From Octopus vulgaris (lineage: Eukaryota), in NCBI GenBank assembly GCA_951406725.2, contig OX597821.1, forward strand, positions 66,464,001 through 66,528,000: 64,000 bases of DNA, read 5' to 3'. The translations under genes and the position numbers were made by a program. The notes beneath the pieces were generated by a model. It was not told the DNA's origin, made no database searches, and was given only the letters and a program-made list of their open reading frames with translations. Below, piece after piece: positions 27,684 to 41,607 of the stretch. Numbering within the stretch: the stretch's first letter is position 1; the number at the start of each line of letters is the position of its first letter.

Positions 27684-27783
27684 TATACATATATATTAAC
27701 CATATATAGAAAAAACTATATATATAACATACACTAACATGTGCACACACAGTCACACATATCCAAACGCATGCACACACACG

Positions 27784-27847
<64 letters not shown>

Positions 27848-28083
27848 CACCAGAATAATTACTCCCATCCTATTCAAAATAATATACACGTAATTTAAAA
27901 TTATGTATACTATTGTCTGCGCTAGAGCATATCTCTATATTCATGAAGAACATGTGAACTGATAAACGAAGTGTTCGTGCACACATATATATTGACAAAC
28001 AGGAAAAAAAATATACATTCACGCACACACAAATACATACACACGCCTATATATCTATATATATCTCTATATCTCTATATATG

Positions 28084-28141
<58 letters not shown>

Positions 28142-29019
28142 CCTATCTATATCTATATACATACATACGTACATACATATACGTTACATATTCCTATGTA
28201 TGCCTACTCGTCTGCGCATGTGTGGTTGCGTGTGTCTGTGTTTGCCTATAACAATGAATCTGAGAAGCCATTTTCTATTTTTATTAAGTGAATGTGGAGA
28301 CATGAGTGAAAAATTTTAGAAGCAGTATAGTCTCTGATGAGATTTGTAAAATAAGATAAGTTCTTCTAGCATGGTGATAGTACTTCTTTGTCGTAGACAC
28401 GATAAGTATATTGGAAGGGTCTGAATGAAGTTGATGAGTGTAACAATAGTTAAGCCAGTACAATTTTTAATGGAAGAAGCATGAAAAAGATAGAAACTGT
28501 GATATTTAATGCAAGAAGTATGAAAAAGTTTAACTAGAAACATCTAAAAAATATGTGTAGTGAGAAAAAAATACAGCCAAAATTAAATATCATTATTCTT
28601 ATAATATAGTTTTGAGTTGCTCAGATTGCATGAGGGGATAATAATGGACAAGTTTCTGCCTTGTTCTTCCTCGTAAGGAAAAATATTAACTTAAACGAAG
28701 TTACTAAAATAATTAAGTCAGTATGGCCAAGCAAATGTAAAATGATGTTCAGATGTAGGGAAATTAAATTAGAAAAAATCAAAGAATGTCTACGTTTAAA
28801 CGCCATCGTCCAAGCAAGAAAAAGTGTTATAAGATAAATAAATTAGTGTTAGTTAAAAAGTATTGAAAGCAGAAGAGAATTATAAGCTTTGTAGAGATAA
28901 TTATGCTGTGGAGAAGGGAAGTAGATGTATTAATCTAATTTGGACTAGTATTGTTGAAATTAACTTACATACAGGATACAATTATTGTATAACCACGCTT
29001 CAGAGCTGCTATGTCAATG

Positions 29020-29583
29020 TCCTTTTCTACTCTAGGCACAAGGGCCGACATTTTGGGGGAGGCGGGTAGTCGATTAGATCAATCTCAGTACGCAACTGGT
29101 ACTTAATTTATCGACCCCGAAAGGATGAAAGGCAAAGTCGACCTCGGCGGAATTTGAACTCAGAACGTAACGGCATACGAAATACCGCTAAGCATTTCGC
29201 CCCGGGTGCTAACGATTCTGCCAGCTCTCTTTCTCTATTATAGCCACAAAGGGACATTTTCTTTTCTACTCTAGGCACAAGGCCCGAAAGAATGAAAGGC
29301 AAAGTCGATCTCGGCGGAATTTGAACCCAGAACGTAAAGACAGACGAAATACCTATTTCTTTAGCACCCACAAGGGGCTAAACACAGAGAGGACAAACAA
29401 GGACAGACAAACGGATTAAGTCGATTACATCGACCCCAGTGCGTAACTGGTACTTATTTAACCGACCTCGAAAGGATGAAAGGCAAAGTCGACATCGGCG
29501 GAATTTGAACTCAGAACGTAAAGACAGACGAAATACCGCTAAGCATTTCGCCCGGTGTGCTAACGTTTCTGCCAGCTCACCGT
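29020..29583 (-). mobile_element. SINE family B cluster (29020-29228 and dimeric 29262-29583)
   Basis: Same motifs as 21901-22523. Confidence 0.85.
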
Positions 29584-29889
29584 CTTGCTGTTATGACAAT
29601 ATAAATGGAGTAAGGACTCCATTGTATTTGCCAAATAAGTGGAGAAATTTAATAGCCTGGGTATACAGCTATGTCTGTCCTGGGTAGGGATATATTCCGG
29701 GTGGCGATTATTTTGTTATATTCATTATTTTTCGCTAGCTCAGTAGCTACCGCTGTCGAGCTTGATGTTGATGCTGTTGGTGCTACAGCTGTTACTATCT
29801 CCACAAGTTCTGTTGTGGGTGTAGGTGATAGAGTTGTCGTTGTTGTTGTTGTTGTCTTCGTCGTCGTCGTCGTTGTTGCTGTTGTTCTT

Positions 29890-29927
<38 letters not shown>

Positions 29928-30049
29928 TCTTCTTCTTCTTCTTCTTCTTTCAATCAGGACTCACACGCCATTAGCCACAAAGAATAATCTCTAATCCGAG
30001 CTCACTCTAAGCTACAAAGAATGCGTGGGGCAACTTGAAGATTCACCCA

Positions 30050-30434
30050 CCACACGCAATGGACTGGCGGTTGCACGTGCGCGAAAGCTCCTTTGTTATT
30101 CTCATGTCGTAAACTGTGGTTTTTAACGGGTGGAGAGCTGAACCATCATGGGGTTCAGAGGATTCGCAATCTAGACTAGTGTCTGAAAATTTACCACACC
30201 ATAGTGGATTACAACCATGGTTCCTCTGCTTTGTGGCAGAAGTAGGAAGAAAGAGTGAGAGAAAGTTGTGGTGAAAGAGTACAGCGGGGTTCACCATCCT
30301 CCCTCGCCGGAGGAGCCGCGTGGAGCTTAGATGTTTTTTTCTCAATAAACACTCACAATGCTCGGTCTGGGAATCGAAACCGCGTTCTTACGACCGCGAG
30401 CTCGCTGCCCTAACCACTATGCCATCGCGCCTCC
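30050..30434 (-). mobile_element. SINE family C copy
   Basis: Minus head GGAGGCGCGATGGCATAGTGGTTAGGGCAGCGAGCTCGCGGTCG..GGTTTCGATTCCC; body homologous to the 10573 and 13310 copies. The 3' end is approximate. Confidence 0.8.
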
Positions 30435-30806
30435 GCTGTTGATGTTGTTGGCGTTATAGCTGTTACTATCTCCACGGCGGCGGTGTTGTCGTTGTTTCTG
30501 TTGCTGTTGTTTTCGTTGGTGGTGGTGGTGGTGGTGGTGGTGGTCCAGATGCTGTTATTGAGGTTTGCTTTATTCCCTGCTGCTTTTATGTCTACTAATT
30601 CTCTTGCTGCACTCTCTTGTTGCTGCAGCTATGGTGTCGGCAACAGTCGGTCCCGGTTACGCTTTCTTATTTTAGTTGTGTGAACAGAAGCATCGAGATG
30701 GCCGATATTTCCTGAGACATGTCCGCTTGGCCATCTGCTTGCCACAAGTTTTTCTCCGGCTTGTTAAAGCTTCTCCCAGGACGCCACCCTAATAATGACA
30801 TTATTG

Positions 30807-30868
<62 letters not shown>

Positions 30869-30879
30869 TAATCATATAA

Positions 30880-31138
30880 GCGCAGGAGTGGCTGTGTGGT
30901 AAGTAGCTTGCTTACCAACCACATGGTTCTGGGTTCAGTCCCACAGCGTGGCACCTTGGGCAAGTGCCTTCTACTAAAGCCTCGGTGCTGGAGCACCGCC
31001 TTTAGTCGAGCAAATCGATCCCAGGACTTTTTCTTTGTAATTGTATCGATCTCTTCTGCCGAACCGCTAAGTTGCGGGGCGTAAACACACCAGCATCGAT
31101 TGTCAACCGATGTTGGTGGGACAAACACAGACACACAA

Positions 31139-31235
<97 letters not shown>

Positions 31236-31400
31236 CATACATATATACGATGGGCTTCCTTCTGTTTCCGTCTACCAAATCTACGCACAAGGTTTTGGTC
31301 AGCCCGAGGCTATAGTAGAAGACACATAGACAAGGTGCCACGCAGTGGGACTGAAATCAGAACCATGTGGTTCGTTAGCAAATTACTTACCACACAGCCA
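30880..31400. mobile_element. SINE family A: plus-strand head (30880-30985) fused to a minus-strand copy (30986-31400)
   Basis: Sequence identity to the other family A copies in both orientations. Confidence 0.85.
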
Positions 31401-31434
31401 TGAGTTATCATTAAATAATAATAGTAATAATAAT

Positions 31435-31630
31435 CGATACAAATTTTGGTATAAAGTCAGCAGCCTCGGGTGAAGGGATAAGCCTATTACATCGACCCCC
31501 AGTACTCCACTGGTGCCTGTTTCATCGACCCTGAAAGACTGAAAGGCAAAGCCGACCTTGGCAGAATTTGAACTCAGAACATGAAAACAGATGATAGACT
31601 ACGAAATATGTTGTCCGACGTGCTAACCTA
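31435..31630 (-). mobile_element. SINE family B, diverged copy
   Basis: TTACATCGACCCC..GAAAGGCAAAGCCGACC..AATTTGAACTCAGAAC. Confidence 0.7.
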
Positions 31631-31990
31631 TTATAATCATCGCCACCATCTTCAACGTTATTGTGTACAAATAAGCAATAATGAGAATAACGTTCCGATA
31701 AATTGCTTTACAATTTTCAAATTAGAAATAAAGACCAATTAGAAAAATGCTTATAAATCAGTAAATGTACCACTCCTATTAATTTACTGTTCAATAGAGA
31801 AACCTATTACAACTTCTTATTTATTTATCTTGCAGGGTTTATAGAAATTGTGTGTGTGTGTGGTTAGCTGTAGGTGAGGCTGAACAAGATATTAGTTTCG
31901 TACTTACAAATGTTTGCTTTCTTTCTTTACTAATTTCATGCTGTGTTGTTTGTAAGTTTAAATATACTTTCGCAAGTAGAAGCAATAATA

Positions 31991-32078
<88 letters not shown>

Positions 32079-32224
32079 TGATGATGCTGATGCTGATAAT
32101 AATAATAATGATAATGACGAAGATGATGATGACAACGACGCTGCTGCTGATGCTGATCATGATAACAGACGCTTTTAAGCAAAGATACTTTATATGCACG
32201 CGTCCGTATATATAATTTATAAGA

Positions 32225-32294
<70 letters not shown>

Positions 32295-32405
32295 TTAAAC
32301 ACACACGCGCGCGCACGCACACATAAATAGATGAATAATAATTGTCTATCTACCTTCCTACCTAGCTAACTACGACCTGTCTGCCTACCTACCTACCTAC
32401 CTATC

Positions 32406-32445
<40 letters not shown>

Positions 32446-32527
32446 GTCTATCGACCTGGACAGGCAGTGATATGCTTAATTTCATCATATATAAGTATAT
32501 ATATATATGTATGTATATGTATATATG

Positions 32528-32582
<55 letters not shown>

Positions 32583-32739
32583 ATATGCATGTTTGTGTAT
32601 ATATGTGTTTGTTTATTATGTGCATGTGTATGTATGTATGCGTTAAGGGTTACCAGTGCCACAACGTGGTGTCGTAACCACTAGACAATCATGGCGACTT
32701 TGCAGCTATAGATATACATATATGTGTGTGTGTGTACAT

Positions 32740-32772
<33 letters not shown>

Positions 32773-33872
32773 CAGACATGCAGGAAGTAAAAAGACACCT
32801 TTAATTTTCGAAATTTCTGATCTAAGCGTCTTAATATGTTTTCAGCGATGTAGAATTTCCAATATAATTATTCTTTTTCATTCCAGGTGCCGTTATATTA
32901 AACATTTGGTAAGAGTAACCATGCCACGCACAAAAAATTCAGCAGAACTCTGACATTTCCAAAGAGGTCGTATTGTTGGGCAATCTGAGGCTGATCTTTG
33001 TCAGTGAAAATTTGTGGAAAATCTTCCAATTCGTCTTGCTACTGTTAATAGAATTATAGTGTAATTCGAAAGCCAAGGACAAGAATCAACAGATTCTCGT
33101 CCCGGGGGACCAGGACCCTCGGAAAGGAAGCTTCGCAGTTTGAAGAGAATTGTGGAAAACGAACCCCCGTTCTAAGGCTTCTGACATCGCAAAACAGTTA
33201 GAAGTTAGTCCAAGAACGTATGTTACATATCTGCATAAGCTTGGGTGTTATGGACGAGCAGCTAGAAGAAAACCTCTCCTTCAACCAATTAATATCACGA
33301 AAAGAAAGAAATGGGCTAAGATGTCAGAAAAATCCAGTTCAATTGGGTACAGAGTGATTTTCTCAGATGAATCCAGATTTCCATTATTTTCAGACAGTGG
33401 ACGTGTTTGGGTCTGGAGGCTTCCAAATCAGGAATTTGATTTGAAACGACTCCAACCAACTGTGAAACATGGCGATATCTCTGTAATGCTATGGAGAGCT
33501 GTCACCACTAATGGTTGTTCTGAGCTGATCGAATGTGTTGGAACCATAAACTCTGAAAAATACATCGAAATACTTAAGCAAGGACTACTTCCGATGTATT
33601 CACACGATAACATAACGAAAAATGAGTTTTTTATTTATGGAAGATGAGGCTCCATGCTACACAATGAAAAGGAATCAACAATGGATGACTGAAAATGAGA
33701 TGAAAAAGTTTCCTTGGCTGAGCCAATCTGCTGATATGAACCCAATTGAAAATCTTTGGAGCATACTAGATAGAGCTATACGAAAAACTCGAGAGAAACC
33801 TAAATGTAAAGATGAACGAATTCGATTGTTGCGTGAAAATTGGACAGAAATTCCACAAGAGACAATCACAAA
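32773..33872 (+). mobile_element. Tc1 (DD34E) transposon, near-complete but inactivated transposase, 3' end lost
   Basis: TA|CAGACATGC terminus. MPRTK..EL*HFQRGRIVG at 32920, then ARRKPLL, VIFSDESRF, QPTVKHG, FMED.AP.., WLSQSADMNPIENLW. Contains stops and frameshifts. Confidence 0.92.
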
Positions 33873-34159
33873 GACCTTTCATCGGATCTCCAGGAATCGA
33901 ACTTTCTTCAATGCAGTTAATCTTACACCCTCATTTGTATCTACCCCTTTTGATGTTTGGGAATTTTCTGATGTTTTTTCGGCTGACGAGTACGAGCCAT
34001 CTGTATTTACTGCATTTTTTGTAGCTTATTAAAGATGTCCTCGTACGAAACAATTGTACCGAGATTTTAATCCATTCTTGTTGCTTTTTTCCTATTTATA
34101 TATATATATAGTACATATTACAAAAGTAATCAAGCAGTCATATAAATGTACCTATATAC

Positions 34160-34315
34160 ATATCAGATTCCGTCAATCAAATCTACTAACAAGTATATTT
34201 GATCGGCCTGAGGCTACAGTAGAAGACACTTGGCCCAAGGTGCCACGCAATGGGACTGAACTCGGAACGATGTGGGTGGAAAGGAAGGTTTTTACCTCAC
34301 AGCCATATCTGCACC
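34160..34315 (-). mobile_element. SINE family A, partial diverged copy
   Basis: GAAGACACTTGGCCCAAGGTGCCACGCAATGGGACTGAAC. Confidence 0.7.
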
Positions 34316-34421
34316 TATGCAGCAACAACTATAATAAAGCAAGTCTGTACATATACACACAATCACGAATACGCACGCACACACACACACACACACACAC
34401 ATCACACGCTCACACACAAAA

Positions 34422-34460
<39 letters not shown>

Positions 34461-35571
34461 ATATGCGTATGTCTCTATGAAGATTGAACGTCTGAGTCGG
34501 TAATGTGTTAAGCCATATCTGTTTTATGCAAATTCTTCCCTTTAAATTCTCATATGAAATTTAACTGGTATAAATGTTGTCTTTCATATTTCTGCTGTCA
34601 ATAATGTAATTAGCGCTATTTTACATACAGTAAGCCGGTGTAATCGTCTATAAACCGTCTATTACTACATTTCATACAAAATATCGGTTTTATTCATTCA
34701 TGTGTGGAATCAGAATATTGAATATTTATGTATATATACAATTACATATTTTTCTAAGGGCTGGGGCGGGAATGCGGTTTTCAAAAAGAAGAAAAAAATT
34801 CATATATTTTTATGTTGCATTGGTGACTGAAAGAAACTGGAGTATTTCATTGTTCGTTCAGCTTAGATGTTTGAATTCTTGAAAAATGCCTTCCTGGAGA
34901 GTATCAGTTTTCCTTTCGAACTAAACTTAGAAACAGAGTGAAAGGGACAATGTTTCTGAGGGACCAAGTCAAATGCCGAATTCGGGTTCACGATGAATCA
35001 TTACAATCAATGGTTGATAATTTGAGACCAGTCTTCAGACAGATGGTTCCAGATTTGGTGACTGAAGACACGAAGAAATTTCACAAGAACATCTTCATTG
35101 TAGTGAAGTACGAGCAAAAATACATCGAGTTTTGAGCAGTGTTGACTGAGAGAGAACGATAATATCGTTGCTCCACACACATATGATTGTCTGAGCTGCA
35201 TATGCGTTTGAGATCAAGCAATCAACTATCCGTTTAAACTGGGGAATAGCTAAAGGAGTTATAATTTTAGCTGCAAACATAAATATGATGAATATTATTA
35301 TGTGCTTTCTCAGTCATTTCAATGATACCATCGTTCTAGCATTGATATCAAAGATATCAATCATATGTGATTTGTGGTACTTAGCTATCATCTGTCGGCT
35401 AAAACTAAAAAAGAGAAAAGAAAAAAATGGAGAGAGTGATCAGCGGGGTCATAATATTAGTAGTAAACATAAAATTACCGGATATTGGAATAGTTTTTTC
35501 TAAGTACGATGAACCTATAGCTCTAAGATAGCTGTAATAGTCATTTGTGTATGTCCAGTTTGTTTAACCTA

Positions 35572-35965
35572 GTTGTCACCTGTCGGTTTAAACTGATGAA
35601 TTGGGGAAAAGATCTGAACTTTAGTTGCAAACTAAAACTTGCCGATTCTTGTGTAGTGTTTTCTTGAGCTGTATGATAACTGTATAACTTTAAGATGGAT
35701 GTACTGAACATTGATGTATGTGCAATTTGTAAAACACTGTTACTGTATTAAGCTGTCGTCTGTCAGTTTAAAATGAGAAATAGAAAAAAAAAGGTCTTAA
35801 TTTTAGTTAAATAAAAATTGCCAATTCTTGTGTAGTGTCTTCTTAGATACTTCGACAAATATGATGGGCGTTGGTGTATGTGTAATTTGTAATACGCTCT
35901 TGTTGCATTAAGTTGTCATCTGCCGGTTTAAAATGTTGAACTCTCATATTTCCGGCCGATTCATG
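35572..35965. repeat. Degenerate tandem repeat, ~180 bp period, ~2.2 copies
   Basis: GTTGTCACCTGTCGGTTTAAA recurs at ~35572, ~35752 and ~35912. GCC(G/A)ATTCTTGTGTAGTGT recurs at ~35641 and ~35820. Confidence 0.65.
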
Positions 35966-36238
35966 CTAAGTAACTGTGATGATTCTGAGAGATTTACTTT
36001 GTGCTTAAAGCAAACCTGTTGGATCTTGTTGGATTTTGTTGGTTGTTGTGGTGTTCCCTACGATATTTCGAATTCCTATTTTTATACCGTAGTTTACCTG
36101 TTTACATCCACCATTTCGCCGACGATGTTACTTTTTCAAACTTCTGGGTACCTATCGCTGGCATCGTAAGAAAAACAAAATCATGCTCATGCTTGGATAC
36201 ACATATGCAGATGCCATGGTTAGTACTGAGTGACTGAA

Positions 36239-36461
36239 AGGTGGAAAAATAGCAGAATCGTTAGCAAGCCGGAAAAAAAATGCTTAACGGCTTTTCGTTG
36301 GTCTTTACGTTTTGAGTTCAAATTCCACCGAGATCGAATTTGTCTTTCATCCTTCCGTGGTCGATAAAATAAGTACCAGTACCAGTTGAGTACTGGAGTC
36401 AATGCAATCGACTTAACCCCTCCCCACAAAATTGTTGACCTTGTGCCAAAATTTGAAACCA
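36239..36461 (+). mobile_element. SINE family B copy
   Basis: GCAGAATCGTTAGCA..GAGTTCAAATTCC..TTTCATCCTTCCGTGGTCGATAAAATAAGTACC. Confidence 0.8.
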
Positions 36462-37036
36462 ATATTGAGTGAGTGAGTTCCCTTATATATTGCAGCAAGA
36501 GTTTCTCTTTAAAAGTCCATCGTGGAGCACATAAAAGCACGCGCTGTGTGCTGCATGTCGTAGTTGCTCCGCCACACCTCTAGGGTATAATCTGCGAAAA
36601 TGGTTCACTATCATATTGCGAATATATATGCTCTCCCGTGTATTCAAAACCTAATGTCTCTAACAAGGAATGGTAAATAGATGAAGAGCCTGGTTTGAAC
36701 TAGAGACCTACCAAATATAACCAGACAGTCTGTTACAGAAGATAAAAATTCTTTGAGTAATATATTTACTAACACTTCAAAGCTGAAATACAACTAAAGG
36801 GCACCGAAAGTTTGTCACGATTTCTCAAGTTGTAAAGGTTTTGGTCGCCAATTGACGTTAGAATTTCTTTTAGTGATTCCCCTTGATTTTGGCAAACTTG
36901 TCTGAATATAAACAGATAATGTAGAGGCATTCAATGATTCAAAAGCCCGGCTAGCGGACAAAGACATGATAATTGATTGTTTACAATTGGGTTATCACCC
37001 ATCACGAACGTACACACACAAAGCTATATAGGCGCG

Positions 37037-37117
<81 letters not shown>

Positions 37118-37466
37118 TTATATATATATAAATATATATATATTCGAATGTATGCATGCATATATGCAAACACACACACACACGCACACACACATATATA
37201 TATACGCACACGCATAGACAAACAGGTATATTATGCTCACGCATGCATACATACACGTGTGTGAGTTTGTGTTTGTAGAAATAAATATGTGTGAATGCAT
37301 ATATGTAAGCATGAGTGTATACATGTATACAATCAAATGTATATGTTTATACGTTTACACGGTAATCTAACACTCACACACACGTGTATGTGCATATATA
37401 CATATATGTATACATGTATATTTATATATATATACACACACATATATACATAATATGTATAATTAA

Positions 37467-37503
<37 letters not shown>

Positions 37504-38077
37504 GTGTTTATGTATATGTATATGAATAATGTTTGAATTATATGCGAACATACACATAAAAATACGTCTCTGTACACATGTACATATACACACATTTATA
37601 TATGTATATATATCTGTATTCCAGCACACACATACGCATGCGTAGATGCACACACGCGTGCGTGTGACCTTTTCCGTAAATATGATTCTTCTTTATATCT
37701 TAATAGTATGCATGTAGATATGACTTCTATGAGATGAATGTGCGTTGTTTCTGTATTAATATACGTATGCAGATGTTACGTGCATACATGCTGCGCGTGT
37801 GCCGCGTGTTCACGCAAATTTATCACCAAGTACCTGACTGTTTGGTGATAAAAGCAAGCCTATTAAATCTACCTTGTAGCACTATAAATTAGTTTTAGTA
37901 CCTTGTTTGTATATATATATAGGATAATAGAAGGCTGCGGTATTCAACGTGAAAAAACATCTCGTATAGATGCATAATGCTCAAATAAAACACACACGCA
38001 CACACACACACACACACACGCACACACACACGCACGCACACACACGCACACACAGGCACACACACACGCACACACAT

Positions 38078-38116
<39 letters not shown>

Positions 38117-38118
<2 letters not shown>

Positions 38119-38513
38119 CGACAGGCTTCTTTCCATTTCCGTCTACCAAATCCACTCACAAGGCTTTGGTCGGCCCGAGGCTATAGTAGACCTTCGCCCA
38201 AGGTGCTACGCAGTGGGACCGTACCCGGAACCATGTGGTTGGTAAGCAAGCTAGTTACTACACAGCCACTCCTGCGCCTAGCTACTCACCACACAACTAC
38301 TCCTCTATTCTTCAAGGCGCCGAGGTGGCAGAAAAGTTACCACGTCGGACTTAATGCTTAGCGGTATTTCGTCCGTCTTTACGTTCTGAGTTCAAATTCC
38401 ACCTAAGTCGAGTTTGCCTTTCATCATTTTGAAGTTGTTAAAATAAGAACCATTCGCACACTTGGGTCGATATAACCCCAAAAGTGCTGGCTTTGTGTCA
38501 GAATTTGAAACCG
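38117..38513. mobile_element. SINE A 5' half (38117-38278, minus) next to SINE B (38316-38513, plus)
   Basis: Identity to the other copies. Confidence 0.8.
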
Positions 38514-39019
38514 ATATATATAATCCTCCTACCATCATATATAAAGGATTCTGTAAACAATATTGTCTCAGAATATATTGAAAAGTTAAGAAAAAATTGC
38601 TTTGTAAATATAGATATGGGAAGAAATGTTTCTTCGGAGTAAATTAGAAATTTAGTTGTTTAGTGTTAAAATAACAGGAAGGCATTAAAGGAAGAAAGAA
38701 TAAAAATAGAATTGCTGAGAATAACAGACAGAGGATAACAAGAAATTTAATGAGAAAAAAATAAAATAAAAATGTAAATAAAAATAAAAGCACGTAAATA
38801 AAAGATGAGGAAAAATTTGAAAGAAAGCCTTTGGACAAGGGTTGAGAAAATTGAGGTAATCGTGAAAATAAGAGATGGTGAGTAAACATAGTTAAAGGGG
38901 CGAAAAGGGATACATGTGTTTTTTTGTGTGGGAGTTAATATTAGAAAGATGAGAAGCATTATTGCTGCAAGTTAGGAAACTGGAAGGAGGAGAATGAGGA
39001 CAGCGAAAACGGCGATGAA

Positions 39020-39046
39020 GAATGCCGTGACGATGACGATAATAAC

Positions 39047-39084
<38 letters not shown>

Positions 39085-39102
39085 CGATGACGATGGTGGT
39101 GG

Positions 39103-39144
<42 letters not shown>

Positions 39145-39180
39145 CGATTATGATGATTATGATGATGATGATGGTGGTGG

Positions 39181-39218
<38 letters not shown>

Positions 39219-39227
39219 ATGATGATT

Positions 39228-39272
<45 letters not shown>

Positions 39273-39331
39273 GTGGTGATGATGATGATGATGATAATGA
39301 CGATTACGACGATGATCACGACGACGACGAC

Positions 39332-39369
<38 letters not shown>

Positions 39370-39740
39370 CGATGACGATGATGACGATGATGACGATGAT
39401 GACGACGACGACGACGATGATTATGATGATGATAATGGTGATGGTGATAATGAAGATTACAACGATGATGATGATGAAAATGATGAAATGAGCGAGGATG
39501 TTGACTGTTTCGGCGATGATTACATCAATCATATCAATGACGGCAACAATGAAAATCCCATCAGCATCAACGGTGATGACGACGATGGAAATTATAACGC
39601 TGATGACGACGACGACGATGACGATGGTGACGATGGTGACAAAGGATGATTTTGATGACGGTAATGATTATGATGATGGGAAGATGAGGAGGAGGCGCAT
39701 GAAGCGGATGACGTTTAATGATGATGATGATAATTACCAT
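39020..39740. repeat. Long (GAT)n/(GAC)n trinucleotide field
   Basis: Direct observation; it explains the poly-Met and poly-Ile ORFs. Confidence 0.95.
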
Positions 39741-40284
39741 GGTAATGGCAACGGCACCAATGCTTATAGAAGAAATGAAAAAAGATAAAAAAAAAAGAAA
39801 AATGCGAATTGCTGAGGAATGGGTGGTAGATGTGGTGGTGGTGGTGGTGGAGGCACGAGAGAAAGAAAATATTAGAAATAAGAATTAGCGATGTGAAAGG
39901 AATGGAAAGAATTGAGAAAGAAACAAAAGAGACAAATAGCAAAACAAGAATAACATTAGCGACAACAAAGACAAGAGAAAACAACAACAAAAAAGGACAT
40001 TTGCAATAATAACTAGAACAATGAAGAATACTAACGTAGAGAGAATAATAAGGAACAACGGGAAGCAGAATAAAACAAATAGGAACGAGAGTTATTATCG
40101 AGAAAACCGTGAAAGAACAGAGTTTACTGGCGTAAAAATATACGATAATACATATAACTAATCAAAGAAAATACGTGTTACACATACATAAACTGAGTGA
40201 ATACACATACACACACAAAGATATGTGTGTGTATGTGTGTATACATATATGTATATGCGCGCGTATATATATATATATATATAT

Positions 40285-40785
40285 AAATTAGTAATGCAAT
40301 ACTAGAGTATTGCTTTCCAGTAAAGAATAGCCCGTGAGGGAAAATATACAAAGAAGTAAATATATGGCACAACGAAGTACCGATATTTACTGGAAATAGC
40401 GAACGTAATAATACGACGCTAATGTATAGCTTCACCGCGTATGTACTAGCAAAAATGCGTGTGTGCAACAAACTAGAAAAAATTGTCTTACCTCCAGGGA
40501 GAACATCTGAAAGATGAAATACCTGGAAAAGGATAATGTGGGACCTGCGCAGGTTTCAGATTTTTCAAGATATGACTGCACCCATAAACTTGATCTATCT
40601 TCATCAGCCAAACATATACCACAACAACATTTCAGATGTTACCACATTAATGCCATTACACTCGACTGAGACGCCGAAACGCATTTTTGCTAGTACATAC
40701 GCGGTGAAGCTATACATTAGCGTCGTATTATTACGTTCGCTATTTCCAGTAAATATCGGTACTTCGTTGTGCCATATATTTACTT

Positions 40786-40789
<4 letters not shown>
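40285..40789. mobile_element. Fold-back Penelope-like module with 111-bp inverted repeats, between (TA)n tracts
   Basis: 40350-40460 is the reverse complement of 40679-40789. The ORF track shows the same peptide RIFASTYAVKLYISVVLLRSLFPVNIGTSLCHIFTSL on both strands. Confidence 0.8.
40536..40615 (-). ncRNA. Hammerhead ribozyme motif, canonical core
   Basis: Minus strand ATG(TT)TGG-CTGATGA-AGAT...ATCT-GAAA-CCTG(CG)CAGG-TC-CCACAT: intact core, GUC triplet and palindromic helix III ACCTGCGCAGGT. Confidence 0.8.
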
Positions 40790-40852
<63 letters not shown>

Positions 40853-40949
40853 TGGACAAACGAAAGAAGGGAACTCGAAATGGCTGACGACTAGCATCAC
40901 GCTTGAAACTCAAAATCACCAACGAATTTGAATCAAACTGTTTTGATTC

Positions 40950-41135
40950 CGTTTCCCGCAATACAGACAAATTCCTCTCAGTGAACACATGGAAAAATGT
41001 GCAGGTAACCTCAAACCAAATTTCACAGTCTTCCTTTTCTACCAGTGCAAAGACGCAATCTCTCAACTAGAACGCTTAAATAAAGAAACTTTTTTCATTG
41101 AAAAATACAAAACACGTCTTAATATGCACGCATAA
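40950..41135 (+). pseudogene. C-terminal end of a Penelope-like element GIY-YIG endonuclease domain
   Basis: My translation (below the ORF track cutoff): RFPQYRQIPLSEHMEKCAGNLKPNFTVFLFYQCKDAISQLERLNKETFFIEKYKTRLNMHA*. This fits the PLE GIY-YIG tail pattern (H..C...F....RL..E..FI..Y...LN). Confidence 0.7.
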
Positions 41136-41562
41136 GCAACTTTTATATTTTTACATATTACATCACCGTACATAAATCCCCTACTAAACAAGGTCTTTTT
41201 TTAAAACCTGTCTCTTTTCTGTACACATATTTATTCCCCACCCATTACCGAAACCTGAACAGTTATCTCCCTTACACACAACAATAACAATAATAACAAT
41301 CAATTACCCCACTTCATTTGTCTACTTGTGAAGTCATTCACTCGTGAATTTCATCACACACAACATGGACCAAATTTCTTCTTAAGAAAAAATATATATT
41401 CAAATAAATTAAACATTATATCGTGAATAGCGATATCGAAACCGGTCGATATATTAAAAATTATATTAAAACCATGTAACTGTGTGTATTTTCCTTTTTC
41501 AATTTCTTATATACATTACAACCCACCACGTGGGGACAACCGAAATTCCACTTTTCTGTTAC

Positions 41563-41566
<4 letters not shown>
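41136..41566 (+). mobile_element. Penelope-like 3' UTR/pLTR with degenerate hammerhead, ending in (TA)n
   Basis: ATATC-GTGAATA-GCGATATC-GAAA-CCGG-TC-GATAT at 41418-41452: stem I and palindromic helix III are intact, the core is mutated. Confidence 0.55.

Positions 41567-41607
<41 letters not shown>

Noticed and set aside
31820-31880. Possible micro-exon (TTGCAG|...TAG|GTGAG)
   Set aside because: It contains a (TG)n run and has no recognisable coding content; splice-like motifs alone are insufficient.
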